NCBI GenBank assembly: GCA_002269645.1
Contig: NIVC01000392.1
Coordinates: 310,001 to 374,000, forward strand
DNA length: 64,000 bases
Direction of reading: 5' to 3'
From: Macrostomum lignano
Taxonomy: Eukaryota
A program made the position numbers and the translations under genes. Every line of letters starts with the position of its first letter. The stretch's first letter is position 1. Under the pieces are notes generated by a model. That model was not told where the DNA came from and did no database searches. It was given only the letters and a program-made list of their open reading frames with translations. Positions 36,001-48,000 of the stretch are shown here, in pieces.

Positions 36001-39000
36001 CTTTACACGTCTAATAAGAGTTTGGAGGCGGATACTCCACGAGAGAGTCCCAAAGACGAGTCCAGCGCCGTATTCAAATCGAAACTGATGAAAGACAGCT
36101 CTGGACAGTACTATCTCTACAGCTGCGACTCAAACGTGGCGATGGCTGGAAGAAAGGTTACCCAATCGGAAGCCCAGATGTACCTGACCTCGTCAGACAA
36201 AAACATTGTGGTCCGTGTCCCTGAAGAAAAGAGCGACTTTTCTACCCAAACGCTAACGTTAATGGAGTCATCGTCGGCTCGCAAAGAAGCTGAACTTCGT
36301 AGAAGCAACGAGCAGAAAGAATCGCAGACGCAGTACGTGCTATTTTCTTCAGACAAAAGCCTGTCGGCTGATTTATCCTCCGATGTGATTGTTCCGTCTC
36401 GAGACACTGCCGATTACGCCGTTCCCCGACTAATGAAAGACAGCTCGGGGCAGTACTATTTGTGCAGCGCCGATTCGAGCGTTGCAGTGGCCGGTACACC
36501 GATAGCCGAGTCTCAGGTTAAACAGCATTTGGCGAGCTCTGACAAGAATATAGTGGCTCGCGTTACTGCCGATTCAAAAGATTTCTCTACTCAAACTGAC
36601 CAGCGGTCAGCGTCGGTTAGAAAGGCTGAAAGCGAGACGCAGAGTGGCCAACCGCTGGCTGAAATGCAAACTCAATACGCGTTGTATTCATCAAACAAAA
36701 GCGTAACTGTAGACTTCAGCGCCACTTCGGAAGACTTTTCAACGCAGACCAGGTCAAGTACGGCCGAAAGCAGCGCAGTCAGGTTTCCAGTGGTGATGCG
36801 CGACAACTCCGGTCAGTTCTACCTGACAAGCGAGGACTCGAGCGTTCGAGTTCAGGGCCAAATTGTCACAGAGTCGGAGGCTATGCACCAGCTCAATACT
36901 TCTGAGAACAACATTGTAGCTCGAGTGATTAGTAAATTCAGAGACGTCACGTCTCAAACTGCTCAGGAAGACAGCAGACGCGAGTTGATTTCCAGCGAGC
37001 AGCAGTACGTCCTTTATTCGTCTAACAAGTCGCTAGCAACTGCGGACGTAAGAAGCTCGGAAGAGTTTGGCACCCAAGCCAATTTAGATTACTCTGATGC
37101 GGCAGTGTCGCAGGCCAAACTAATGAAGGACAGCTCTGGGCAGTTCTATCTGGTGAGCTCCACTGCAGGCGTGGCGGTGCAGGGCCAGTCACTGACGGAG
37201 GCTGAGGCGCAGTACTACCTAGCTACTTCTGAGAACATAGTTGCTCGAGTTTCAGATGAAGGAAAAGATTTCTCGACTCAAACAGCGTCTCTCGCTCGCC
37301 CCGTTAAAAAGGAGAGTGGAACGCAGAGCGGCACAAATGAACTCACAGACGTACACGCACAGTATGATCTATTCTCATCTAGCAAGAGCCAAACAGCTGA
37401 ATTTGTTAAATCTTCTGAGGATTTCGCCACGCAGACCAAAATGGTCAGCGTTCACAGTGCTGCGTCAAAGCCAAGTCTCCTGCGAGACAGTGCAGGTCAG
37501 TACTACTTGACGAGTCAGGATTCTGCCGTCAGAGTTCTAGGAAAAGTTGTGACTGAGTCTGAGGCGCGGCATCACCTCAGCACATCGGAGAAAAGCATTG
37601 TGGCGAGAATCGTCGGCAATGCTCGAGATTTCACTACCCAAACTGTTGCCACGGAAGAGGAAATCGTTGCAGAACGGCAGCAGTACGAGTTGTACTCCGC
37701 AACTAAAGACTTGTCCATGCTAGCTAGTAGCAGCGAAGATTTTTCGGTGCAAGTTGATGGTGACTATGCCGACGCAGGCAGCCAATACCAGCCGAAGCTG
37801 ATGCGAGACAGCTCAGGCCAATACTACTTGTCCAGCGCTGACAGTAGTGTGATCATTTCTGGCAAACCGGTTACGGAATCCGACGCTAAGAACTACTTGG
37901 CTACTTCAGAGAGAAGCATTGTTGCAAGAGTCAGCAGCGATACTAGAGACTTTACAGTACAGACGCATCAACCACAAGTCCTGACTCTAAGCAAGCTGCC
38001 ACACAAAGCGGCTCTACTCTTTCAGAAGTGAACACGCAGTATTCTCTTTACTCGTCTAATAAGAGCATTACAGCGGATGTACATGCAGTAAAGACCTCAG
38101 AGGACTTTGCCACGCAAACAAAAACAAGACTAGCTGAAAGCACCTTTGCTCAATCCAAGTTAATGTGCGACAGTGCCGGACAGTACTACTTAGCCAGTGC
38201 CGATACTGGAATGATGGTTCGTGGTCAAGTCGTCTCCGAGACCGAAGCTCAAAGCCATCTGTCGAGTTCCGAAAAGAGTATAATAGCCAAGGTGGTAACA
38301 GAAACACGCGACGTTACATCGCAGACTGTTGTTGAAAGTAGTACCTCAAAAACACGATCGACTCGTGGACCCCTGCGGGACGTCCAGAGCGAGTTCGTGC
38401 TGTATGCATCAGACAAAGGTTTATCAACAGATATTGCCACTGGGGAGTCTGTGGCGGTGTTCAGCCAGACAGTTGATGCTCAAGATGAGAGCGCTCGCGT
38501 TCAGCCGCTCGGTAAAACAGCCAGTGCCTTGGCCGGTTCTCGGGTCATGGTTGATTCCAGCGGGCAGTACTACCTCAAGACAGCAAACTCTGCCACTCTT
38601 GTTCCCGGTGTTGTTGCCTCTTCGTCGGAGGCCGAAGCGGCGCTGGAGAGTTCGGATAGCAGAATTGTAGCTCGGGTATTCGACGAAAAGTCGGACGTTT
38701 CCTCACAAACTGTTTCCGCAATAGCTTCAGCTCAGAGCGTGAGTACAACGAAAATGAGGGATGTCAGTACTCACTACGTCCTCCTGGCGTCATCGCACAA
38801 TGCGTTTAGCCAAACTGAGGAAGAAGTCGAAACAATTGTGCAGGTGGAGCAAGCACCTCTAAAAATGGAACCAACTGAGCAAGTGAACAAAAGCACGCAA
38901 GTTGTTTCGGCCATGCAAGACACCGATGCCCAATTTTTCAATGCTAGCTCCAGCACCTTCGGTATTCAGACAGAAAGATTCGAAGCCACTGGCCATGTGC

Positions 39001-42000
39001 AGGTTGGCTTGGAGACCCAGTTTGAGAAACCGAGGGCTGAAATGATAGATTTCCAATGCCAGACGCACTCTGCTCCGACCATGAAGGAGTCCGCCTGCGG
39101 CTTTGCGCCAAGTGCTTCTTTAAATAACAGCGTTCAAACTGTGGCTATGGACAGCGAAAGTGAAAGTTTAATCGAGTCAGGCTTTCAAACTGAACGCTCA
39201 ATGGATGAGGCGGATATTGCTAGAAGCACGCAGACCGATATTAATGTTATAGTGAAGCCGAACGCTCAGGAGAGCCAAATGAAAGTGAAGACAACTGTGC
39301 AATCCGATTTATCAAGCCAGTTTGATCCCGAGCTGAACGAATCCAGCTTGCATTACCACGCCCGAGGAGAAGACTTCAGCTCACAGGCCGCGCCACAGCT
39401 GATTTCAAAGCGAGTACAGCTCGGAGTACCGTGGAATTTCTACTCCGACTCAGCCATTCAGACAGAAGAATCGTCATCAGATGAAGACAGCTTAACTGAC
39501 CAAACGGTTAGCAGATTTGAGCAAGACTGTCAAACAATGTTCATCTGGAGTTCGAGCGAAACACAGACCGATCAGCTGCTAATTGAAGACACGGAAGAAG
39601 AGACTGATATCGAGCCGGAGACAGCTGTTCAAGTTATGGCCGTGCAGCAGCGTGAAGGAATAAATAGGGCTTGTCAGACTGGCAAAACTGAGAAGCGAGA
39701 CGTCATGTCGGCGTACTATGCCTGTGCCGAGGTTAGTGTCGTGGCTAAAGAAGTAGAGAAAGACTTAAAGTCGGAATCGGTTCGTGTTGCTTTAACGACT
39801 CAAGTGGAGCATGTCGGCTAAAGAAGTAGAGAAAGACAAAGTCCAGACTCAAGTGGAGCATGTCCTGCAACCAGCAAACGCCTTTCTTATCAGGACGACA
39901 GCCTGTTGTTTAGAAGCCAGTGCCCAGAGTGCGCTCGTCGTGGCAAAGTTAGTATAATTGAATCGCAGACCCAGTACTGGTCCCCTCTGCTTGACAGAGC
40001 CGCGCAATATGACCAATCTAGCGATGACAAGAGCCTTCAGGTTCTGTTTACTTCTGAAAGCCCAAAAACTATAGAAAAAGGTTTTAAAGCTACCCAGCCA
40101 AAAGAAACAGCTGATGCTTGTGTCGTGGCACTGGACTACGACTACCAGAGTCTGGAGGTTGTGTGCCACACATACGAGAGCCTTGTTGCTCAACTGTCAC
40201 AGAAAGTCTCAGATCTAGAGGCAGCCGCAAATAGAGTAGGCTTAGAGGAGCACGTGCGTGTCAAACCGTATCAAAAAGCAAAGCGAATCCAAAAAGGAAC
40301 ATCGGCTTTCAATCTAGCCGAGATGTTTGTCCAGACCGATCCGGCTGAGGAACCGGAGGTCATCCGGGAGGTCGTCCAGCTGCAATCAGCGCCAAAAGCC
40401 GACACAGAAAACATTGAGGTCCAGACGCAATCATTTTTGCAGGATGCGATCATCAAAGTGGACACGACCACACCTGTCGAGAAGGAGGTATCCGATTCTG
40501 AGGTAAAAGCCAGAGTAGAAATGCAAGAGCTATCAACTGGCTTTGGTGTTGCTCATGAGGATACAATCATCAAGGTGGACACGACCACACCTGTCGAGAA
40601 GGAGGTATCCGAATCTGAGGTAAAAGCCAGAGTAGAAATGCAAGAGCTATCAACTGGCTTTGGTGTTGCTCATGAGGATACAATCATCAAGGTGGACACG
40701 ACCAACCTGTCGAGAAGAAGGTGTCCGATTCTGAGGTAAAAGCCAGAGTAGAAATGCAAGAACTATCAACCGGCTTTGGTGTTGCTCGTGAGGATGCGAT
40801 CATCAAGGTGGACACGACCAAACCTGTTAAGAAGGAGGTGTCCGACTCTGAGGTAAAAGCTAGAGTAGAAATGCAAGAGCTATCAACCGGCTTTGGTGTT
40901 GCTCGTGAGGATGCAATCATCAAGGTGGACACGACCAAACCCGCTGAGAAGGAGATGTCCGATTCTGAGGTAAAAGCCAGAGTAGAAATGCAAGAACTAT
41001 CAACCGGCTTTGGGGTTGCTCGTGAGGATGCAATAGTCAAGGTGGACACGACCAAACCCGCTGAGAAGGAGATGTCCGATTCTGAGGTAAAAGCCAGAGT
41101 AGAAATGCAAGAACTATCAACCGGCTTTGATGTCACTCGTGTGCACAAAGTTATTCAGTTGGGCTCGCCATTTTCGAACCGAGTCGAAAACTACTGTAAT
41201 ACAGATCAAGTCGAGGAAGTAGAAGTTCAGGTGCGCCATGTAGAGTCTACACCCCGACCTGAACTGGCCGATGTAGGTACTCAGTATCAACAATCTCAAT
41301 ATGAAAGCGTTGGAATTCAAGCTCGTCTCTATGAACCGGTTGTGACATCTCCGACTACTGGGCCAGAAAAAGAATTCGCAGAAACGAAAATGGAGTTTGG
41401 CGTACGGATGAAAGATATTTCGACGACGTTCGATGCAAACCTTGACAATAAAGTGTCGCAGTATGGCTGCTCTTTCTTCAGATTGGTTGAAACAGGTACT
41501 AATACCGAAGATGAAGAGGTGCCAGTTCAAATTCGCTTTGTAGAATCTGCGCCACTTACTGAAAAAGTCAGCATCGCAACTCAATCGCACCGATCCTTGA
41601 TGCTGGACAGAGAGACAACATTTAAATCAGAATCTAAGCATAAGGTGATTCAGCACGGTTGCCCCTACTTTATGATGGTTGATGGCGACTGCAATACCGA
41701 ACCGCTAAAGGCGGAAACAATCGAAATTCCCGTACCATTGGTTGTTAGCAAGCTCGATGAAAACGTCGGCACTCCAGAAATCACCTGGAAATCAAAAGCA
41801 ATTCAACGAGGCTGTCCATCGTTTGCCGTTCGCAACGTTGCTTCAAACACGGAGAATTTCGAGACTGAGGACTACGTCGAATATGGATCCTACGATCAGT
41901 ATGTGCTCCCGGAGACTTTAAAAACTGCCGAGTACTCAGATGCAATGGTGAAGGCAAGCATAAAAGCAGATCTTCACCGAAAAGCTATTCAGCATGGATG

Positions 42001-45000
42001 TCCGTTTGCCATGCACTCCGACGTAGGAACTGAAACTGATCCGGATACAGAAATTGTGGCTGCAGTCCAGGCGCCAAAGTTCGAGTCCGCCCCGGTACGC
42101 AAGCGCGATGCAACAACTCAAGCGTTTCAAGAAGTTCAAGAGTGGGGAGTCCAAGTAGAATTGTTTGAGCCAACTCAAATTGAAGTAACTGTGCCAGTTC
42201 AATCTGCTTCTGTGCCTCAATGCAGCAATGCAGCAACGCAGTCCTTCCAGGAAATAGAAGAACTCGGAATTCAAGTCGAACTCACGCAGCCCACTATCGT
42301 TCAGGTTGAAAAGGACTCTGGAGAGATATTGGTTGCCTACAAGGCTGCTACTCAAGACAGTACGAGTACATTTTTGCCCCCTGGAACAATTGGCAAGGTA
42401 ATACAAAAGGGTTGTCCGTTTTCAATGCTACACGAAGTTGAGTGCAGCGCAGACATGGACCCGCCGTTCACTACGCCAGTCAAGAGGAGCGATCTTGTCG
42501 AAAGTGGAAATCAATTTGATGTTGGGATAGCGAGAAAAGCCATTCAGCGTGGCTGCCCATGGAGCATGAAATACGAAGTCGAGTGCGATACCGAGGGCCT
42601 TGGTAGTTCACCTGAACCGCAGACAAAGGCTTCACTTGTTGACTGTGGAGTTCAGTGCTACACAGAGCTGAGTGCTGTTGGATGCGACACTGCTGGCTTA
42701 GAGAGCCCTGCTGTGCCATACCAAGTGACTCAAGACAAGACCGAAATGATCGACAGTGGAAATCAGTACGACATTCAAGTGATGATGAAGGCCATCCAGC
42801 GAGGCTGCCCTTGGTTGATGACTCGCGAAGCAAGCTCAAATACGGAAACGGAAGAAATCTTTGAAGAAGTACAAATGCAGCTGCAGAGCACAGAGCCTAC
42901 CACCGCAAAAGAATTCAAGTGCAAACGCATTCAGCATGGATGTCCAGCTGCCTTCCGAATCGAGGCGGGTATTTTGGCACAAGAAAAATCCGAAGATTCA
43001 CCCGGAACTTCGAGGAAACAATTTGGGGCTCGTCGACTTTCCACTGAATTTGAAGATTTCGGTACTCAAACCATTGAATACTGCTGTGACATGGAAGTTC
43101 AGTGTAGCATTGATGTTCAGTCAGGACCAGTTACAAGCACGAAGGAATTTAAGGGAAAATGCATTCAGCATGGATGCCCAACTGCCTTCCGAATGGAAGC
43201 GGGTGTTCTGGCACTAGAAAGATCAGACGATTCGCCCGGAACTTCAAGGAAACAATTTGGGGCTCGTCGACTTTCAACTGAATTTGAAGATTTTGGTACT
43301 CAAACCATTGAATACTGCTGTGACAGTGAAGTCCAGTTTGATGTGCAGCCAGGACCAGTTGAAAGCACGAAGGAGTTCAAGGGAAAGTGCATTCAGCATG
43401 GATGTCCAGCTGCCTTCCGCGCCGAAATAGCCGTTCTGGCTCAAGAACAATTCGATGATTCACCGCGCAACGTTAAAAAACAGTTTGGACCTCGTCGACT
43501 TTCTGATGAATTTGAAGACTTTGGCACCCAGACTTTCGAGTACTGTTGTGACATCGAAGTTCAGTGTAGCATCGATACTCAAGAACAGTTCGATGATTCA
43601 CCGCGCAACGTTAAAAAACAGTTTGGACCTCGTCGACTTTCCGATGAATTTGAAGACTTCGGCACCCAGACTATCGAGTACTGTTGTGACATCGAAGTTC
43701 AGTGTAGCATCGATTTTCAGTCGGAGCCATCTCCTAGGCATGTCGACAGCGCTGAAGCTGCATGCGATCCTATTGAGATCCCGCGCCAAGCAAAGCGAGT
43801 TCAGAGAGGCGTTCCGTTCTCTAAGATCAAGAACGCCAGTACGAATACCGAACAGTTTGAAGCGTCAGCGCAAGAAGAAGAGTCCGAAGTGCCGCCCTAC
43901 TGTCCCAAGTGGGACATTATGCCAGTCGTCCACGTGGCTAAGAGTAGTGGAACAGACGTTGAAACGGCCGAAGTTGCCTGTTTGATGATAACAGAAACTG
44001 CTTCTGTTCAGACGAGCTGCTGCATAGAGATAGACGATGCGTCCACTGACGTAATCAAGGACGACGAAGAAGTTATTACAATAGTGCAAGCTCAACTTGC
44101 TGAAACAGCAGCTCCAGTTGTTAGTAACAAATTTTGCCAGACAAAGTCATTCATGGAGGACAGTAGTGGCCAATATGAATCTTCTGAGGTACGATATGAA
44201 TCGCTAGAATCGCTAGAGTCAAGGAAAGTTTCTCAAGGAAACCAGACAAAAGAGGAAATGGATGAGAGTTCAGGCCAATACTCAGTAGAAGTCTGTGATG
44301 TGCTTGTAAAGACACAATGGCCCATTTCTGTCACGAGTAGCATGTGCGTGTTTGAAGTTGCTCTTCATTCCAGAAGTGAAACACAAACAGTGGATGATGA
44401 AAAATCAGAAGTCAGATCGGACAGCGATGAACCTGACAAGACTGACAGTAGAGAAATTCAGCAGTATGTTGACAATGTCATGTTTCCAGTCACTCACTAT
44501 ACAGAGCCAGATACTGAAACACTTGAAGCCAGCGTAGTTGCTAGAACCGACAATCTGTCTCAGCCAATTCAAACTGAAGACTCGGTTATACAGTGCTCAT
44601 TGATTTCTTCAACGCCTCGCAAGTTGTCTGTAAGCGAAGCCATCGAGACATTGGAGGTCGAAGTTCAAACAAAGACTTTTTGTGATTCCGTAGACACGCA
44701 AACGATGTGTTACAGCGCTGATGCTTCTGTTGAATACGACTTCGAAGACTTCGACGAAAATCAACGGCCAAAGTACGCCGGAAAGCTACGCGCCGCTAAA
44801 AAAAGTACAGAGATTACTGATCAAGAATGCCAAACTTCGATTGAGTGCGCCTCAACTGCGATGCAGTTCATTGCAGATGAAGTGGATACTTTAACGCGAA
44901 AGTCAAGACCCGAATCCGGCGAAACGAGCGTGCGTCACAGAGCTGAACAGAGATCTGCTCAAGTCCAGATGAACTCTCTAGTACTGAGAGATAGAAGATC

Positions 45001-48000
45001 TCGCTCACGCTCAAGAAAACGAAAATTACCAGAAGTCTCTACTCAAACGGAATTCGTTGAAGAAGAAGTTAAGGAAACGTTTGAAACAACCATACACGAG
45101 TGTACACCTCCTAGGGTTGACCCGGCTGATCAGGAGGTTAAAAAGACGTCACAGATGAGGACGTCAGTATTCACAGCTGAAGCACACGTTCAATTTGAGC
45201 CTGAGGATTCGTGCAATGCCTTGGTTGTGGCTCGTCTTGAAACAAAAGTACCGCACGAAGAAAGAAAGGAAAATTCTACCGAAAGGGAAGTTCAGACGGA
45301 AGGAATTCTCACAAACAGTTCGGTTCAGTTTGAAGGTCATGCAGAGCCAGATGAACCTCAACAGGATGCAGTGGATGATCTGTACACGATTATAAAGGTC
45401 GAAACAAAAGATTCTTCATCCATGCCGGATACCGACTACGCTAACGCTGCGGTTCAGTTCGATGGCGAGGCAGAGGTCGAAACGTGCACAGCAGAAGTAA
45501 GGACTGGAGCTAATACAAATGCAGCAGAGGTTCAAACAGTTGTGTACTGCATTGATGCAGAGACAGAATTCGAGCAAGAAGAGCGTGTTGAAGAAGTTTT
45601 TCAGCAACAAGTTGTTACACTGGAACAGTCAGCTCCTCGCAATGATGTGCTGTGCCAAACCGGCGAGTTTATGGAGGATTTCGGCTCAGGCTATAGCGTG
45701 GAACGCCGAGAGTTTGGAGTTGAAAATGTCGTTGCAACATGTGAACAACTCACACAGTGCGAACAGTTGCAACAGTCGGACAAAGGTATTATAACTGAAA
45801 GTGTATTAACAGACTATGGTACCCAGCTTGAAATAGATGAACCCGACGCTGTCGTGAAGAAGCCAGAATCAAAAGAAGCCGTGACTGAGTGCACTATCGA
45901 AAAAGACGAGGCATGCGATCAAACCGACGTATTTCTGAAAAATTCGACTGCGCAGTACGAGTTGAAGACAACGGAAATTGCTTGCGTCAGAACCCAGGTT
46001 GAAACTGCCGACGCTGCGACTGAGTACGACCAAGACAAAGAGGAGCCAGTAGTACCAACTCAAGTTATCATTGAAGAGTCGGTACCGAGAATTGATGCAC
46101 AATGTCAGACACGCAACGACATGGAATGCTTTGGTACAAGTTTCGATAGCATTGTCATGGAGGAGGTGTGCGTTAAAGCCAACCTTACTGTTGAAAAGAA
46201 ATATGAACTGTAGGCGTCAACCAAAAGCCTTCGATAGATTCAGCTTCAACCTGCTGTGAATGCGAAATCGACGATGCCTGTGCTCAGACTGACGAAGAAA
46301 AGAAGAGTGAGATGCGCGATTCGATTGCTCAGTATGAGTTGTCTACGGAATTCGAAAGCATCCAAACCCAGATTGATACCGCAGACGCTGAGACTGAGTA
46401 CGACCAAGGCGAAGAGGAACCAGTAGTACCAACTCAAGTTATCATTGAAGAGTCGGTACCGAGAATTGATGTACAATGTCAGACACGCAACGACATGGAA
46501 TGCTTTGGTACAAGTTTCGATAGCGTCCCTAGCCAGGAGGTGTGCGTGCAAACTAGCGTTACTGTTGAAAAGGAATATGAAACTGTGGGCGTCAACCAAA
46601 AGCCTTCGATAAATTCAGCTTCAACCTGCTGTGAATGCGAAATCGACGATGCTTGTGCTCAAACTGACGAAGAAAAGAAGAGTGAGATGCGCGATTCGAT
46701 TGCTCAGTATGAGTTGTCTACGGAATTCGAAAGCATCCAAACCCAGATTGATACCGCAGACGCTGAGACTGAGTACGACCAAGGCGAAGAGGAACCAGTA
46801 GTACCAACTCAAGTTATCATTGAAGAGTCGGTACCGAGAATTGATGCACAATGTCAGACACGCAACGACATGGAATGCTTTGGTACAAGTTTCGATAGCG
46901 TCCCCAGCCAGGAGGTGTGCGTCAAAACCAGCGTTACTGTTGAAAAGGAATATGAAACTGTAGGCGTCAACCAAAAGCCTTCGATAGATTCAGCTTCAAC
47001 CTGCTGTGAATGCGAAATCGACGATGCCTATGCTCAGACTGATGAAGAAAAGAAGAGTGAGATGCGCGATTCGGTTGCCCAGACCCAGAGTGAAACCACC
47101 GACGCTGAGACTGAATACTACCATGACGAAGAGGAACCTGTAGTACCAACTCAAGTTATCATTGAGGAGTCAGTGCCGAAAACTGATGCTGAAAGTCAGA
47201 CACGCAACGACATGGAATGCTTTGGTACAAGTTTCGATAGCGTCCCTAGCCAGGAGGTGTGCGTGCAAACTAGCGTTACTGTTGAAAAGGAATATGAAAC
47301 TGTGGGCGTCAACCAAAAGCCTTCGATAGATTCAGCTTCAACCTGCTGCGAATGTGAAATCGACGATGCCTGTGCTCAGACAGACGAAGAAAAGAGTGAG
47401 ATGCGCGATTCGATTGCTCAGTATGAGTTGTCTACGGAATTCGAAAGCATCCAAACCCAGATTCAGACCACAGACGCTGAGACTGAGTACGACCAAGGCG
47501 AAGAGGAACCAGTAGTACCAACTCAAGTTATCATTGAAGAGTCGGTACCGAGAATTGATGCACAATGTCAGACACGCAACGACATGGAATGCTTTGGTAC
47601 AAGTTTCGATAGCATTGTCATCGAGGAGGTGTGCGTTAAAGCCAACCTTACTGTTGAAAAGGAATATGAGACTGCGGGCGTCAACCAAAAGCCTTCGATA
47701 GATTCAGCTTCAACCTGCTGTGAATGCGAAATCGACGATGCCTGTGCTCAGACTGACGAAGAAAAGAAGAGTGAGATGCAAGATTCGATTGCTCAGACCC
47801 AGAGTGAAACCACCGACGCTGAGACTGAGTACGACCATGACGAAGAGGAACCTGTAGTACCAACTCAAGTTATCATTGAGGAGTCAGTGCCGAAAACTGA
47901 TGCTGAAAGTCAGACACGCAACGACATGGAATGCTTTGGTACAAGTTTCGATAGTGTGCCCAGCCAGGAGGTGTGCATTAAAACCGACTTTACTGTTGAA

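Noticed and set aside
37760-38025. Intron explanation for the first plakin frameshift (donor GTGACT, acceptor ctctttcag)
   Set aside because: It would delete a well-conserved DSSGQY repeat, and the repeat pattern continues in the shifted frame, so a 1-nt deletion is simpler.
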